Shown here: positions 35,392 to 47,410 of the stretch, in pieces
How the letters are laid out: each line of letters opens with the position of its first letter
How positions within the stretch are numbered: position 1 is the stretch's first letter
NCBI GenBank assembly: GCA_001661245.1
Contig: KV454011.1
Span: 2,344,987 to 2,408,986 of the forward strand
Length of the DNA stretch: 64,000 nucleotides
Source of the DNA: Pachysolen tannophilus NRRL Y-2460
Taxonomy: Eukaryota
Direction of reading: 5' to 3'
The notes under the pieces: generated by a model
What the model was told of the DNA's origin: nothing
What the model saw: the letters and a program-made list of their open reading frames with translations, nothing else
Databases searched by the model: none
Made by a program: the position numbers and the translations under genes

Positions 35392-36837
35392 TCAGAACCT
35401 AAACTTCTTCCAACTAGCCGTTCCATCTCCTTGATCATCAGTTTGTAATTCGATCTTTCTCTTTTTCTTTGAGCCTTCATCGTCTTCTTTAGTTTCTTCT
35501 GTGTTTGTAGGTAAATTGTATCTTGTGTTTGTATCTTCTCCTGTTTGTTGTAATATTTGATACAATGGCCTATCATCTTTTTCCCTTGCTTGGGGTTTAT
35601 TTATGGTACCCAGAGTTGCATTATTATCGAGTGATGTTATAGGTATAGGTTTTATTTCGTCTTGCTTTTCGTCTGGATTTTCTTGTTCATATTCTATATT
35701 CTGATCTTCATCTTCTTCGTCTTCTTCTTCGTTGTCTTCTTCTTCGTTTTCATCTTCCTCTTCTTCATCTTCAGCTTCTAGTGCACCCCAGTGTGACCTA
35801 TCTATGTCATTGGTCGACTCCGTATTAGTTGCATTATCTATTGGAACGTTGAAACCAGGAACTTTCAAGTATGGATAACTTGGAGGTAAACCTATTTGAG
35901 ACATCATTATTATCCAAGGAGGAGGAGCTCCATAAGGTATTCCAAGAGCATTTGATAATGTTTTACTAATTTTCCCAGGTCTAAAACTATCAATTTTATT
36001 TAATAATTCATCATTTGCTAATAATTCTCTACCTTCATAGTATACATCACCATATCCCAAAAGTTTTGGTTTTGTTTGTCTATTAAAAAAAGCATCATAT
36101 AATAATTTATAATCTAAATCCAATTTATTTAATTTTGGTTGTACTCTTTCTCTTGAAATTTTTTTCAAATTTTCTTCAGAAATATTTGTAGTATCTCTCA
36201 TTTCTGCAATACCTGTATTTTGAATAAAATCTGGAAGATTGAAAGGAGGTCTTTCCATTCCTCTTTTTGAAGAAAGATATTCTCTTTTAGAAGACCAATG
36301 AGATGGAACTGGAATTATATTTTTCAATGATTTAAGGTATATTAACAATTTTGGATCAGTTGCATCAACATCATTCCATTCCACCACTTCTGGTCTCTTT
36401 GTTTGAGATTTTAATACAGCCAAAGGTATTTTATTTTTAATTCTTCTTTGCCTTTTACTAAGTGGTTTCAAATTATCATTTTTTTGATTATCATTTTCTT
36501 CATCAGATGATTCAATATTACCATTTACAGATTTTTCATCATCGCTATAAAAAATATCAGCTTTCCCATTTTCTTGTTGAATTATGTTTTGAGCTTCTGT
36601 ATCGGGCAATTTAAACTTCTCAAACACTTTTCTAAATTCTTCTTCAAGTATTGGATTATTTGTAAAATCTATATCTAAAACTTGATCATCATATCTCAGT
36701 TTATCATCATGATTAATATTTATTAAATTTTTATCATTTATTTTTAAAGATTCATTTTTTAAATCACCTATTTCAAGCTTTCTCTGTTTAATTTTTTCAC
36801 GCCTCAATTGATTCTTGGACTTTCTGACTTTACCCAT
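35392..36837 (-). CDS. CUS1: U2 snRNP SF3b subunit Cus1 (SF3B2)
   Basis: VVEWNDVDATDP, PVPSHWSSKREYLS, RERVQPK, GDVYYEG, PPSYPYLKVPG. Confidence 0.93.
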   Translation of the reverse strand: MGKVRKSKNQLRREKIKQRKLEIGDLKNESLKINDKNLININHDDKLRYDDQVLDIDFTNNPILEEEFRKVFEKFKLPDTEAQNIIQQENGKADIFYSDDEKSVNGNIESSDEENDNQKNDNLKPLSKRQRRIKNKIPLAVLKSQTKRPEVVEWNDVDATDPKLLIYLKSLKNIIPVPSHWSSKREYLSSKRGMERPPFNLPDFIQNTGIAEMRDTTNISEENLKKISRERVQPKLNKLDLDYKLLYDAFFNRQTKPKLLGYGDVYYEGRELLANDELLNKIDSFRPGKISKTLSNALGIPYGAPPPWIIMMSQIGLPPSYPYLKVPGFNVPIDNATNTESTNDIDRSHWGALEAEDEEEEDENEEEDNEEEDEEDEDQNIEYEQENPDEKQDEIKPIPITSLDNNATLGTINKPQAREKDDRPLYQILQQTGEDTNTRYNLPTNTEETKEDDEGSKKKRKIELQTDDQGDGTASWKKFRF

Positions 36838-37274
36838 ATCCAATTATAATAACCCACTTCCACTAAATACAACAATCAACCTTTTAAATAATTGTAATTT
36901 CAATTCAATTTCAATCTTTTATAAATTTTGACCTTAAAAAATTTATTAGTGACCCGAAATTCTACCTGTCAAAGATTAAATTGGTTCACAAAATGACCCA
37001 ATTTAATAAATCATATTTAAATGATGGAATTATTGAATCAATTGAAGTTAGAAATGCCTTTATTGAGTTGAGACTATTGGGTAACTGGATCAATTGTAGC
37101 AAAAGCCAAAAAAAGCCAAAAAAGAAAAAAATTTTACAAGGTTACTTACAATTTTTAGTTATAATTTATAATACAATTAATTAATCTCATTTAAATATAA
37201 AACATATCAATCAAACACCAATGACATAAACAAAACCCATTCTTTTTCTTTTTTTCCACTATCGTAATTCCACA

Positions 37275-37671
37275 TTATTCCTTATGAGATTCTATTTTTT
37301 CTTCTTCTTTTGAAGGAATTTTACCTTGGATAGAAGCTAGCCTATTTATAATACTCTGGACTATCATGAAAAAAAAAAAAAATATTTTGTTAGTAATTTA
37401 AAGAGATTCGTATCATTAAACAATATTTGTACTAATTAATCCAACTAACCTTTCTCTCCTATTTCCAGATCAGATTCTTCAACTTTTTGTGACTATATAT
37501 AAATATATATATATATATATATTGGTTAGTAATTATAATTTGAATTTCACTTATATGGAAAAAAGATTTAATAACACTTACTAAATTAGTCAAACTAGTT
37601 ATTAATTCTGAAGATATTTCAAATATTGAAGCCTGATTAGAACCATTATTCTTCTCTGAAGACGAATCCAT
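37275..37671 (-). CDS. Small coiled-coil protein, HSBP1-like; exons 37671-37582, 37492-37450, 37360-37275 (72 aa)
   Basis: Two 89-nt introns, each with perfect TACTAAC and TAG (donors GTAAGT, GTTAGT), give a 219-nt open frame; heptad pattern resembles HSBP1. Confidence 0.7.
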
Positions 37672-37877
37672 TTCAAATCAATTTAACAAAAGAATAAAAG
37701 CTAACAAAACAGAAACAAAAGAATTTGAAAAATTATTTGATAAATAATAATTTGTATATAAATAAGAAACGCGTTATTGAAAAAAGTAAAAAGAAAGAGA
37801 AAAACACCTAATTAATAAAAATTTATCATTTAAAACTCAGATTGATTTATAAATCAATAATCAAGTTGTTTACGGTG

Positions 37878-38603
37878 ATGTATTATACACCTAGATTACT
37901 GAAATATATAACAAAGTATAATGATTTACAAACATATTTAACACATTTAAAAATAAATAGTTTATCAACTACATCAACACATTTTACAGGAACATTATAT
38001 GAACTTTCAACTTTAAAATTTTTAAAAGATTATTTAAAAGTTACTGGATTAGTACATTCTGGAGGAACTTCTGATAATGGTATAGATATTAGAGGTTATT
38101 GGGATTTAAGTCAATATGTAACATTAGCTAAAACTGAAAATATAGAAGAAGAAGATATTATAAAGAAAAAAACTATAATTGTTAATGGATCAAGAATTAA
38201 ACCATTAATTTTGAAAAAATTATATAATGGTAATAATCCTTTAAAGATAAATTTATTAGTTCAATGTAAAGCATATCAATCCAAATTACCTCCAACAACT
38301 ATTAGAGAACTCTCGGGGATTTTCAATTATAATGTTAATAATTTGAATAAAAATAAATCAATTTTAATGATTGTAACACCAAATACTTTAACTCATCAAG
38401 CTTTAAGAGAATTTAATAATTGTAGATTTGGAATGATGTTGGTAAATTTAAAATTATTAGGATTAAAAGATTCAAAAATGGATAGATTCACAATAGCAAG
38501 TTATAAAGGTGGAACTTTGGATGGGTTTTATCTTAATCCATATTGTAAAGCAATGTTAGAAGGAATTGATATTAATACCGAAATGAAAAAATTGATTTTG
38601 TAA
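37878..38603 (+). CDS. RRG7: Rrg7 (DUF2034, PD-(D/E)XK-like mitochondrial protein)
   Basis: STHFTGTLYE, SGGTSDNGIDIRGYW, LVQCK, IRELSG; clustered with SNU66/SLY41. Confidence 0.85.
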   Translation: MYYTPRLLKYITKYNDLQTYLTHLKINSLSTTSTHFTGTLYELSTLKFLKDYLKVTGLVHSGGTSDNGIDIRGYWDLSQYVTLAKTENIEEEDIIKKKTIIVNGSRIKPLILKKLYNGNNPLKINLLVQCKAYQSKLPPTTIRELSGIFNYNVNNLNKNKSILMIVTPNTLTHQALREFNNCRFGMMLVNLKLLGLKDSKMDRFTIASYKGGTLDGFYLNPYCKAMLEGIDINTEMKKLIL

Positions 38604-38705
38604 ATAGATTTTTTAAATAAAAGTATACTTGATGATTATATATATATATTAAAAAAAATAACTATATAATAAAAATTTTAGAAATAGATCTTATATAATA
38701 ATATA

Positions 38706-40195
38706 ATGGAAGAAATATCAGTAGAAGAGACCAATAGGTTACGTATTCAATTAGGGTTAAATCCTATACCGACACCCATTAATAGTAATAATAATAAAAA
38801 TAATAATTTTTTGGTAAATGATAAGTTGAATAATGATGATGAAAAAAATGATCTTGATGATGATGATGAATGGTTGAGTAAATTATCTTCAACAAAATCA
38901 GGAAAAGTGCCTGAGAATAAATCAAATGATGATAAGCTGGAAAATATTAAAGTAGGTCATAGTTTGAAAGATGTTGCTAAATTAAAGGATGGTGAAGTTT
39001 TCACTTTAAAGGATAAATCGATATTATCTGATGAAGATGAATTAATATCTGAATCTTTAGTAGAGAAAAAGAAAGTTCAAGATACTTTGAAGCTGAAATT
39101 GGGTAGACTGAAGTATAGTGGATTTGATGATGATCAATATGAAGGAGAAAATAATGGGAAAGATGATGAGATTGAAGAAGGATCATTTGTATTAAATGGC
39201 GATATAGCAGTTGATAATAAAACTCAAATTGAAACAAAAAAATCTTTACAGAAACAATTGAACAAAAAAAATTATTGGAATTAGCACTGTCTGATGATGA
39301 AGATGATAATGAAGATGAGGAAGAATTAAATGATTACCATACAGCAAAACCAATCAAAATTAAAAAACATAAGGTCAATAAAAAAAGTGTATCGAGAAAG
39401 AGAAAATTAGAACTGGACTTGGACTTGGACTTGGACTTGAAACAAGAACAAGAACAAGAACAAGAAGAAAAGGATAAAGTTCCACAGAAAGTTTTGTTGA
39501 ACAATGAGGATGAAGGAGACATAGTTGATGATGATGAATTACAAGCTTTGTTGTCATTACAGAGAAAGAAACTGCAGAAAAACAACAAGAACATTCAAAT
39601 AAAACGTGAAAAGTTTTCATCTTTCTCCAAAGAAGCAACTTCGCCAAAGAAAGAAGAGCAAGAGTATGGGTTGGTTATTGATGAAAATAGTTTGTTTTTA
39701 GATAACATCAGAGCCAAGATGGAAGAACCAGTAATTGTCAAGACTGAACCCCTGCAAGCACAAATTCCGCCTACCACTTCGACATCCACTCCCACTACCA
39801 TTTCCCCTCCAACCCCATCAAGTTTAACTTTACCGGAAGTCAAACCAGAAACAGAGTACTTTGGCTCAGGTTTAGCATCTACTTTGAAATTATTGAAAAA
39901 CACAAATGAACAAGATAAAAAACTTTCAATGAATCAAAGAACTTTTAATCAGAAACGTGATCTATTGAGAATAAGCAGAGAAACAACTAGTTCTACAAAT
40001 ACAAATACAAATACAAATACAACTGACCCAAAATTATCAAAAGAACAAGAAGATTTATTAAACCACCACTATAACCCAAAGATCAACTTAAAATACTATG
40101 ACGATAAGGGCAACATACTCAAGACCCCAAAGGAAGTATACAAATACATGTCCCACCAATTCCACGGAAACGGAGGCGCGAAGTCTAAAAAATAA
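38706..40195 (+). CDS. SNU66: U4/U6.U5 tri-snRNP protein Snu66/SART1 (frameshift near A8 run 39264-39271)
   Basis: HIND motif ISVEETNRLRIQLGLNPI, FTLKDKSIL; second frame YNPKINLKYYDDKG...KEVYKYMSHQFHG. Confidence 0.85.
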
Positions 40196-40548
40196 GAAAT
40201 CACACATTCCGCCTCCGATGAAAATTTTTTTTTCTTTTTTTTTTTTCGCGAAAATGAAATTTTGAAAAATTTGAAATTTTTCATAATAAGAAATTTTACT
40301 ATAATATTGTGTACATATAGAGAAAGAAAGAAAGAGAAGATTGTTAACTATTTGAATTATTCTTACCTTTTTGATAAAAGCAGAATTTCATGTTGTTTGT
40401 TTTTATTGAAATTTTTTGAAAAAGTTGCTTTTCTATTTGATATTATATATATTTCAAAGAAGGGAGAGTTAAGGTAATAGATAGGCTGGATAGATATAGA
40501 TAGGCAAGTGGATTTAATCATATAACACATATGCTAATAACGATATAG

Positions 40549-41883
40549 ATGATTAGTACAATTCAACAGCAGCAACGTCAACAGCACACTATAAGTCTTA
40601 CTCATGATCATGGGAATACTACTTCATATGAGCAAATGGACCAAAATGGACAAGTTGTCAGTCAGACTACCGCAGGAGATGAGTTAAGAACATATAGTTA
40701 TTATGATACCAAAGAGAATAGAATATATTTATCTTCTGCTTTACCAACAACGTTACCTTTATGGAGTTCTAATAAATATTGTTCAATATACAAATTTCTT
40801 CCGCATTTTGATCTGAAAATTATTGTGTTATGTCTGGTTTGGTATTTATCAAGTGTTGTTTCTAATAGTACAACAAAATTAATATTAAAAGATTTTAAAT
40901 ATCCATTGACTTTAACTGAAATTCAATTTATATTAAATTCAAGTTTATGTTTGGCATTAGTACGTTTTATTAGAAGTTGTGGTTCATTTTCCGAAAAATT
41001 TTCAGCTGGTACATTTCCAAAAAATATTTCTGATCCTAATTATTCAATTTTAAAAAATTTTTTAAAACCAACAAGATTAATTATTTATACAACTTTACCA
41101 ATGGGTATTTTCCAATTTCTGGGACATATTGCTTCTCATAAGGCAACTTCTATTATTCCTGTTTCATTGGTTCATACCATTAAAGCATTGTCTCCGTTGA
41201 CAACTGTTTTAATCTATAGGGTATTTTTCAAAGTTGAATATAGTTTTAAAACTTATTTAACATTAATACCTTTGGTATTGGGTGTAATGTTTTCATGTTT
41301 AAAAAATAATTCATCAATTGCTGATCATTTATTTTTCAGTGGATGTATTTTTGCATTTGCTTCAATGTTAATTTTTGTCTTACAAAATATTTTTACCAAA
41401 AAAATATTAACTTTTACAACCAATGAAATCTCAGTTGATGGAATTCAAAAACCACCAATTTTGCCAACTGCTAGCAATGATCACATTAAAGTTGGGCATG
41501 GTTTAGAAACCAAATTAGACAAATTAACAATTTTATTTTATTGCTCAGTAATAGGCTTCATGTTGACATTACCTATTTATACAATTTCCGAATTGTCAAA
41601 CATTTTCCACTCGGACGGGGAACTGTCCTTTTTAAGAATAAGTCATGATACTGTACTGCTCATGTTATTGAACGGTGTATCACATTTCATTCAATCTTTA
41701 ATGGCATTCCAAATCTTGGGATTGATATCACCAGTTAGCTATTCAATCGTTAGTATCTTAAAGAGAATAGTGGTCATCACATGCTCGATTATCTTGGAAA
41801 GACAAAGTTTCAACTGCTTGCAAGGTTTTGGACTAGTGCTAACTGTAGCCGGATTATACAGTTACGACAAATGGGGTAAATAA
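40549..41883 (+). CDS. SLY41: Triose-phosphate/nucleotide-sugar transporter family Sly41
   Basis: CLVWYLSS, IPVSLVHTIKALSP, QNIFTKK, SPVSYSIVSILKRIVVI. Confidence 0.88.
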   Translation: MISTIQQQQRQQHTISLTHDHGNTTSYEQMDQNGQVVSQTTAGDELRTYSYYDTKENRIYLSSALPTTLPLWSSNKYCSIYKFLPHFDLKIIVLCLVWYLSSVVSNSTTKLILKDFKYPLTLTEIQFILNSSLCLALVRFIRSCGSFSEKFSAGTFPKNISDPNYSILKNFLKPTRLIIYTTLPMGIFQFLGHIASHKATSIIPVSLVHTIKALSPLTTVLIYRVFFKVEYSFKTYLTLIPLVLGVMFSCLKNNSSIADHLFFSGCIFAFASMLIFVLQNIFTKKILTFTTNEISVDGIQKPPILPTASNDHIKVGHGLETKLDKLTILFYCSVIGFMLTLPIYTISELSNIFHSDGELSFLRISHDTVLLMLLNGVSHFIQSLMAFQILGLISPVSYSIVSILKRIVVITCSIILERQSFNCLQGFGLVLTVAGLYSYDKWGK

Positions 41884-42255
41884 TAAGTGCATCAGGTTTT
41901 CAATATACAAATTTCTCTCTTTCTCTCTTTTTTTTCTTTCTCTTATTTCATTTATTTCTTTCTTTAGTTCTTTATTTCTCTTTGATAATCTCAAACAAAA
42001 AGACTAATTAATATATAATCAACTAACTAGGGTTAATTTTTTTAATAAAGGTATTGGTTTATAAAGCTTTAAATTATAATTTGATAATAGAAAAATTTTT
42101 GTGCAGCCGTTTACGGAGCGTAAAAGTTGGTGAAAATCTTCCCCAGTTTTCCTATCCCGAAGGAGTATTTGGTACTCTTCTTTGACTCACTCATATAATT
42201 AATTCTTTTAAGTTTTGTTGATTTACTGTGTTAAGTCTATAGATCTATTATTGAA

Positions 42256-43270
42256 ATGAGTGAGCCTAGTACTATTGAGAAGAAACCAGTTAAGTTTTCA
42301 AACATCCTATTGGGTGGTGTTTTAAACATGTTCGAGTAAGTATTAAAATAATTTCAATTAGTAGAATTAATTCAATCAATTGATGCTAACCGATTTCAAT
42401 TTTTTTTTTTCTTCTTCTCTTTTTAGGGTTACTACCTTGGGTCAACCACTCGAAGTCACCAAGACTACAATGGCTGCCAACAGAAAATTTACAATGGCTG
42501 AAGCAATGAAATTTGTTTGGTCAAGAGGTGGTATTTTTGGTTTTTATCAAGGTCTTATACCTTGGGCATGGATTGAGGCTTCCACTAAAGGAGCTGTTTT
42601 ATTATTTGTTTCAGCTGATACTGAATATAGATTGAAAAGTGTTGGTGCTTCAAATTTCCTTGCTGGTATTGGTGGAGGTGTTACTGGTGGGTTATCTCAA
42701 GCTTATGCAACAATGGGATTCTGTACTTGTATGAAAACTGTTGAAATTACAAGATCAAAACAAGCTGCTGCAGGTGTTCCTACTCAAACCACTTTCCAAG
42801 TCTTTAAAGAAATCTTTCTGAAAGAAGGTATTAGAGGTATTAACAAAGGTGTCAATGCTGTTGCCATTAGACAATGTACCAATTGGGGATCTCGTTTTGG
42901 ATTTTCGCGTTTGGCCGAGGAAACTATACGTAAATTTACTGGGAAAGGTGAAGATCAAAAATTATCAGCATTGGAGAAAATTGGTTCTTCCGTTATAGGT
43001 GGTGGATTGTCAGCATGGAATCAACCAATTGAAGTTATTAGAGTGGAAATGCAAAGTAGAACTAAAGATCCTAAAAGACCAGCAAAATTAACTGTAGGAT
43101 CTGCTTTTAGGTATATCTATAAAGAAAATGGTTTCAAAGGTTTATACAGAGGTGTTACCCCAAGAATTGGTTTGGGTATATGGCAAACTGTTTGTATGGT
43201 TGGCTTAGGAGACATGGCTAGAGATTTTGTTGAGAAAGTCACTGGTGATAAACCAGTTGCTAAACATTGA
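42256..43270 (+). CDS. YHM2: Mitochondrial citrate/oxoglutarate carrier; exons 42256-42335 and 42427-43270
   Basis: KKPVKFSNILLGG...FE-VTTLGQPLEV, GLIPWAWIEASTKG, RQCTNWGSRFG; intron GTAAGT / TGCTAAC / TAG. Confidence 0.95.
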
Positions 43271-43605
43271 ATTTAGAATTGAAATGAGAGAAAAGAAAGA
43301 AAGAAAGAAAGAAAAAAAAAAGAGATACAATGAAACTTTTGAAATCATTTATTTATTTTTTTGGGATTTAATCAGCTTTGAGTTTTACTGTTTTCCATAG
43401 TCTTTTAGTTTAGATCTATTATCATATACAATCGTTTACATGGTGACTTGACTGGCTTGATCTTCCCGTATAAATTAAAATTAAAATTAAAATATAAATT
43501 AAACAACGATTCTAAGTTCTAAAAATTCTTGAGCAAAATATTAGCAAAAATTATCAGTTACAGAAGAAAACAAAAAAAACACAACAAATAACCTACCTTA
43601 ACCTT

Positions 43606-46600
43606 CTATGCTTCAACTGGATAGCTTCGTAAATCCAAAGTAACGGTCTTAGAGCTGTTTTCCTCTTGATCTCTGAATATTCCAATTAAAGCATCACTTT
43701 TTTCAAATAATGAATTTTTCAAACTGATAACTATGAATTGGAGATGCTCATTACTATTATTAACAATATAATTTGTCAACTTATTTACATTAGCGTTATC
43801 CAATGCTGCATCAACTTCATCCAAAACAAAGAAAGGAGAAGGATGAAAAGAATGTATGGCAAATAATAAGGCCAAAGCTGCAATAGTTTTTTCTCCACCT
43901 GATAATAACTCCATATCTCTAAATCTCTTCATAGGTGGCATTGCATGGTATTTAATTCCAGCAAGGTATGGTTCATCTTCATCTTCTAAAGTTAAATATG
44001 CAGATCCACCACCTCCCAAAGGTGATATTACTGAATTTGTCCTAGTCAATTCTTTATATATGCTATCAATGTGAGAAGAAATATGTTCAAAAGCTTGATT
44101 AAATAACAGATATCTTTTTTCCTTAACTTCATTAAAATGGTTCATTAACTCCATTTCATCTTTCTTAAATCTCTTAAATTCACCATCAACATCTTTGGAT
44201 TTAATCTCCACTTCTTTCAATCTCTCAACAGCCTTGATATTTGGTGAAAGTGAATCTAACTCATCATTAATTTTACTTAATTCTTCAGCAATTTTATCAG
44301 CGAGTTCTGAATTTTGCTTATAAGTTGAAGATAAAGAATTGAAGTTAACCGCTATACTTCTCAACAAATGTGTTAAATCTTCTTGTACGGCAGCGCGATC
44401 CACTGGTAAATCCTCTAAAGAACCCGATAACAATGGGATATTAATATTTTCAATTTTACAATTCTTTAAAATTTCAAATTTCTGACTTATTTCTTCTTCC
44501 ATATCAGCTTCAAGAATAGCTATTTCGTTAGTAACACCATCCTTATCATGTCTTAAATCTTCGACTTTTTCCTGTAACAGCTTATTGGATTTCAATTTGT
44601 TGTTAGATATAGATTCCATCTTCTTGAGTTCATCATTCAATACTTCAACTTCACTTTCTAATAAGTCCACATTAGACTCGACTTCTGACTTTTTCTTGTT
44701 TAAACTCTCTAATACCAGGTCATTTTTTTGTTTTTCAGTTTTCATTTTCAGCAATCTACTTTGAGACTCTTGCAATCTTTCACTTTCAAAATTCAATTTA
44801 TTTTCCAAAGTAGAAATTTGTTTCAAAAATCTGGATTTTTCTTTCATAATTTTTCTTAATTTTGAACCATTATTCAGTTCATAATCCTCAATTGAATCAA
44901 ACCCGTATTTGTTACAAAAATCTGAATAGAAATCAGCTTTCATACTATTAATTTTACCTTCAATTTGTTCAACTTTTGTATTTAAATCATTTAACTCTGA
45001 TTCTGACTTTTTCAAAAATTCATCATTTCTCGTTAAACTTTCTTCTTGAACTTTCAGGTGAGACTTTTTATCATTCAATTCCCTTTCTAGTTGCAATCTA
45101 TTAGATCTTGAGGCCTGTAATTCTAATTCAAGCTCGTCAATATCATCTAGAAGTTTCTTTTCGAGTAAAGAATTAGGACCTTTGCGTTCCAATTCTTCAA
45201 GTTGTTTCTGTAAATCTAGCTTAACCGAAGTTAAACTGTTAATATCTTCTTTATTAAATTTTCTATTATCGTGTTCAGTACGACCACCAGTCATTAACCC
45301 TGATTTATGAATTAATGAACCATCAAGTGTTACAACTTTGACGTCGATGTTTCTCTCCCATCTGATGTATCTTGCTACATCAATGGTATCACATACCATT
45401 GTATTAGAACAACAGTACTGTATTGCTCTCTCCAATGAGAAATCAAATTCTACTACGTCTAATACTGGTCTTGCTTGCTCGTGAACATTTCTCAAATAAG
45501 ACTGTGGTGGTTTGGATTCAACTGAATCAAGAGGAATAAAAGCTGCCACCCCGGCTCTTTGGTCCTTTAAATATTCAATACATTTTGTAGCAGTACTTGC
45601 AGTATCTACAATAATAGCATCAAAGTGCTTTCCAAGAGTTGTAGCAACTGCAAGTTCATATTTCTTTTGTTTTGGACGGCAAAGATCATGAACAAGGCCA
45701 ATAACTCCTTCTGGGTACATTCTTCTCAATTTAGCGGTATTTTCTCTTAATTTCTTTTCTCTTTGTGTTTCTTTCTTCTCAGCATTAATGTTATTGATTG
45801 TTTCCAAGACGGTCCTAAGTTTCTTTTGGATTGTCCAAGTTTCTTGAACATTTTTCTCTTTTGAGATTTTAAAATCATTCAACTCCTTCTTTTTTGTGTT
45901 CAAATTCTCTAAAGTATCGTTTAATTTTGAGTTTGAATCACTTAAACTTTGTGATAATCTTTCAATATCATTATTCAAATCTGCCACCATTTTTTCAATT
46001 AACTTTCTTTGTTCATTATAACTGCTAATTTTCTGTTCTGTGCGTTCTTTTTGATTACTTAATTCCGACAATTCATCATCAAGAGAATTGTCTGCGAACA
46101 TTTTATTTTTAATTTCCATATATTCGTTAAAGATTTCTTCATTGTTATTATTTGTGTTACCACTGCCACCACTTCCTTCATTGATTGAATTCAAAAAAGT
46201 TTCTTTGGCATCAGTAACAATTTCAAGTTGTTGTTTGATATCATCATGAATCAGTTGTTGGTTGGAGATATTTCTAGTAATTTCATCGATTCTCTTTTTA
46301 TATTCTGATACTTTTTTCAAAACTATTGATTTTTCAGTATCAAATGGAATTAATTCACGTTTTGTATCTTCTAAAGTTTTAACTTTCTTATTAATTTTTG
46401 AACGAATCTTATTTAATGCAATTTGATCTTTTGAAAATTGAGCATTTGCTGTTTTAAAATTATTTTCTTCTTTTTTCAACATTTCTTTTAATTTTTTCAA
46501 ATCTGTACTTTTAACTTGTAAAGTTTTCAATAATAAATCATATTTCTTTTCATGATGATACAATTGATAAATTTTTTGTAAAATAATTAAATCATTCTTT

Positions 46601-47298
46601 TCAATTAATTTTTTTTCAAAAATTTCAGCTTCAACAGTTTCCTGTTTATATTGTTTAAATTCAGCATTAATATTTCTCCTTGTTGAAAACAATTTCTTTG
46701 TCTGCTCGTTGATATTTTCTACTTGTTCTTTCAATTCATTATATTCATGAATATATTTCGAACTACCACTAACAACTTCAATAATTTTTGTTAATTCCAA
46801 TGGAGCTGAAATTTTTTGAACATCTCCTTGGAAAACTAAACAATTTTTAGTCTTGTTTAAAATATTTTCATTTTTCAAAATATCCGAATACTCAGCAGCA
46901 GATACAATTCTATCGTTGATTCTATATTCACTATTACCATTTGAAGTTATTTCTCTTTTCAATTTTAAAATCTCACCATCAGATTTTTCATAAATACACA
47001 TAACATAAGCTCTAGACAGTTTCTTATTACCATCATCATGATCATCATCATCATCATCACCCTGCTGCTCTGAATCTTGTCTATTTCTAACACCTCTATA
47101 AATTAAATCCTTAAGATTGTGCGATCTCAAATTACTCGTCTTAATACCAAGAACAAAAGAAATAGCATCCATCATATTTGATTTACCTGAACCATTTGGA
47201 CCAATAATACTCGTAAAGAAAGTAGTACCAAATCCAATAGATGTGGTTCCCTTATACGATTTAAAGTTATGTAACTCTAAACCAACCAATCTCCCCAT
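43606..47298 (-). CDS. SMC1: Cohesin subunit Smc1
   Basis: MGRLVGLELHNFKSY, GPNGSGKSNMMDAISFVLG, PPMKRFRDMELLSGGEK, FVLDEVDAALD. Confidence 0.97.
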   Translation of the reverse strand: MGRLVGLELHNFKSYKGTTSIGFGTTFFTSIIGPNGSGKSNMMDAISFVLGIKTSNLRSHNLKDLIYRGVRNRQDSEQQGDDDDDDHDDGNKKLSRAYVMCIYEKSDGEILKLKREITSNGNSEYRINDRIVSAAEYSDILKNENILNKTKNCLVFQGDVQKISAPLELTKIIEVVSGSSKYIHEYNELKEQVENINEQTKKLFSTRRNINAEFKQYKQETVEAEIFEKKLIEKNDLIILQKIYQLYHHEKKYDLLLKTLQVKSTDLKKLKEMLKKEENNFKTANAQFSKDQIALNKIRSKINKKVKTLEDTKRELIPFDTEKSIVLKKVSEYKKRIDEITRNISNQQLIHDDIKQQLEIVTDAKETFLNSINEGSGGSGNTNNNNEEIFNEYMEIKNKMFADNSLDDELSELSNQKERTEQKISSYNEQRKLIEKMVADLNNDIERLSQSLSDSNSKLNDTLENLNTKKKELNDFKISKEKNVQETWTIQKKLRTVLETINNINAEKKETQREKKLRENTAKLRRMYPEGVIGLVHDLCRPKQKKYELAVATTLGKHFDAIIVDTASTATKCIEYLKDQRAGVAAFIPLDSVESKPPQSYLRNVHEQARPVLDVVEFDFSLERAIQYCCSNTMVCDTIDVARYIRWERNIDVKVVTLDGSLIHKSGLMTGGRTEHDNRKFNKEDINSLTSVKLDLQKQLEELERKGPNSLLEKKLLDDIDELELELQASRSNRLQLERELNDKKSHLKVQEESLTRNDEFLKKSESELNDLNTKVEQIEGKINSMKADFYSDFCNKYGFDSIEDYELNNGSKLRKIMKEKSRFLKQISTLENKLNFESERLQESQSRLLKMKTEKQKNDLVLESLNKKKSEVESNVDLLESEVEVLNDELKKMESISNNKLKSNKLLQEKVEDLRHDKDGVTNEIAILEADMEEEISQKFEILKNCKIENINIPLLSGSLEDLPVDRAAVQEDLTHLLRSIAVNFNSLSSTYKQNSELADKIAEELSKINDELDSLSPNIKAVERLKEVEIKSKDVDGEFKRFKKDEMELMNHFNEVKEKRYLLFNQAFEHISSHIDSIYKELTRTNSVISPLGGGGSAYLTLEDEDEPYLAGIKYHAMPPMKRFRDMELLSGGEKTIAALALLFAIHSFHPSPFFVLDEVDAALDNANVNKLTNYIVNNSNEHLQFIVISLKNSLFEKSDALIGIFRDQEENSSKTVTLDLRSYPVEA

Positions 47299-47404
47299 CT
47301 TTCTGTTCAAATAATCATACAAAAAATATTTAAATATATCTATTATATTATTATTAGATTATTCTTTTGTTTTATATTTTCATTTTTACAAATATTATCA
47401 AGAG

Positions 47405-47410
47405 ACGCGT
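47405..47410. promoter_or_regulatory. MCB element (ACGCGT) upstream of SMC1
   Basis: Perfect MluI cell-cycle box about 110 bp upstream of a G1/S-type gene. Confidence 0.6.
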
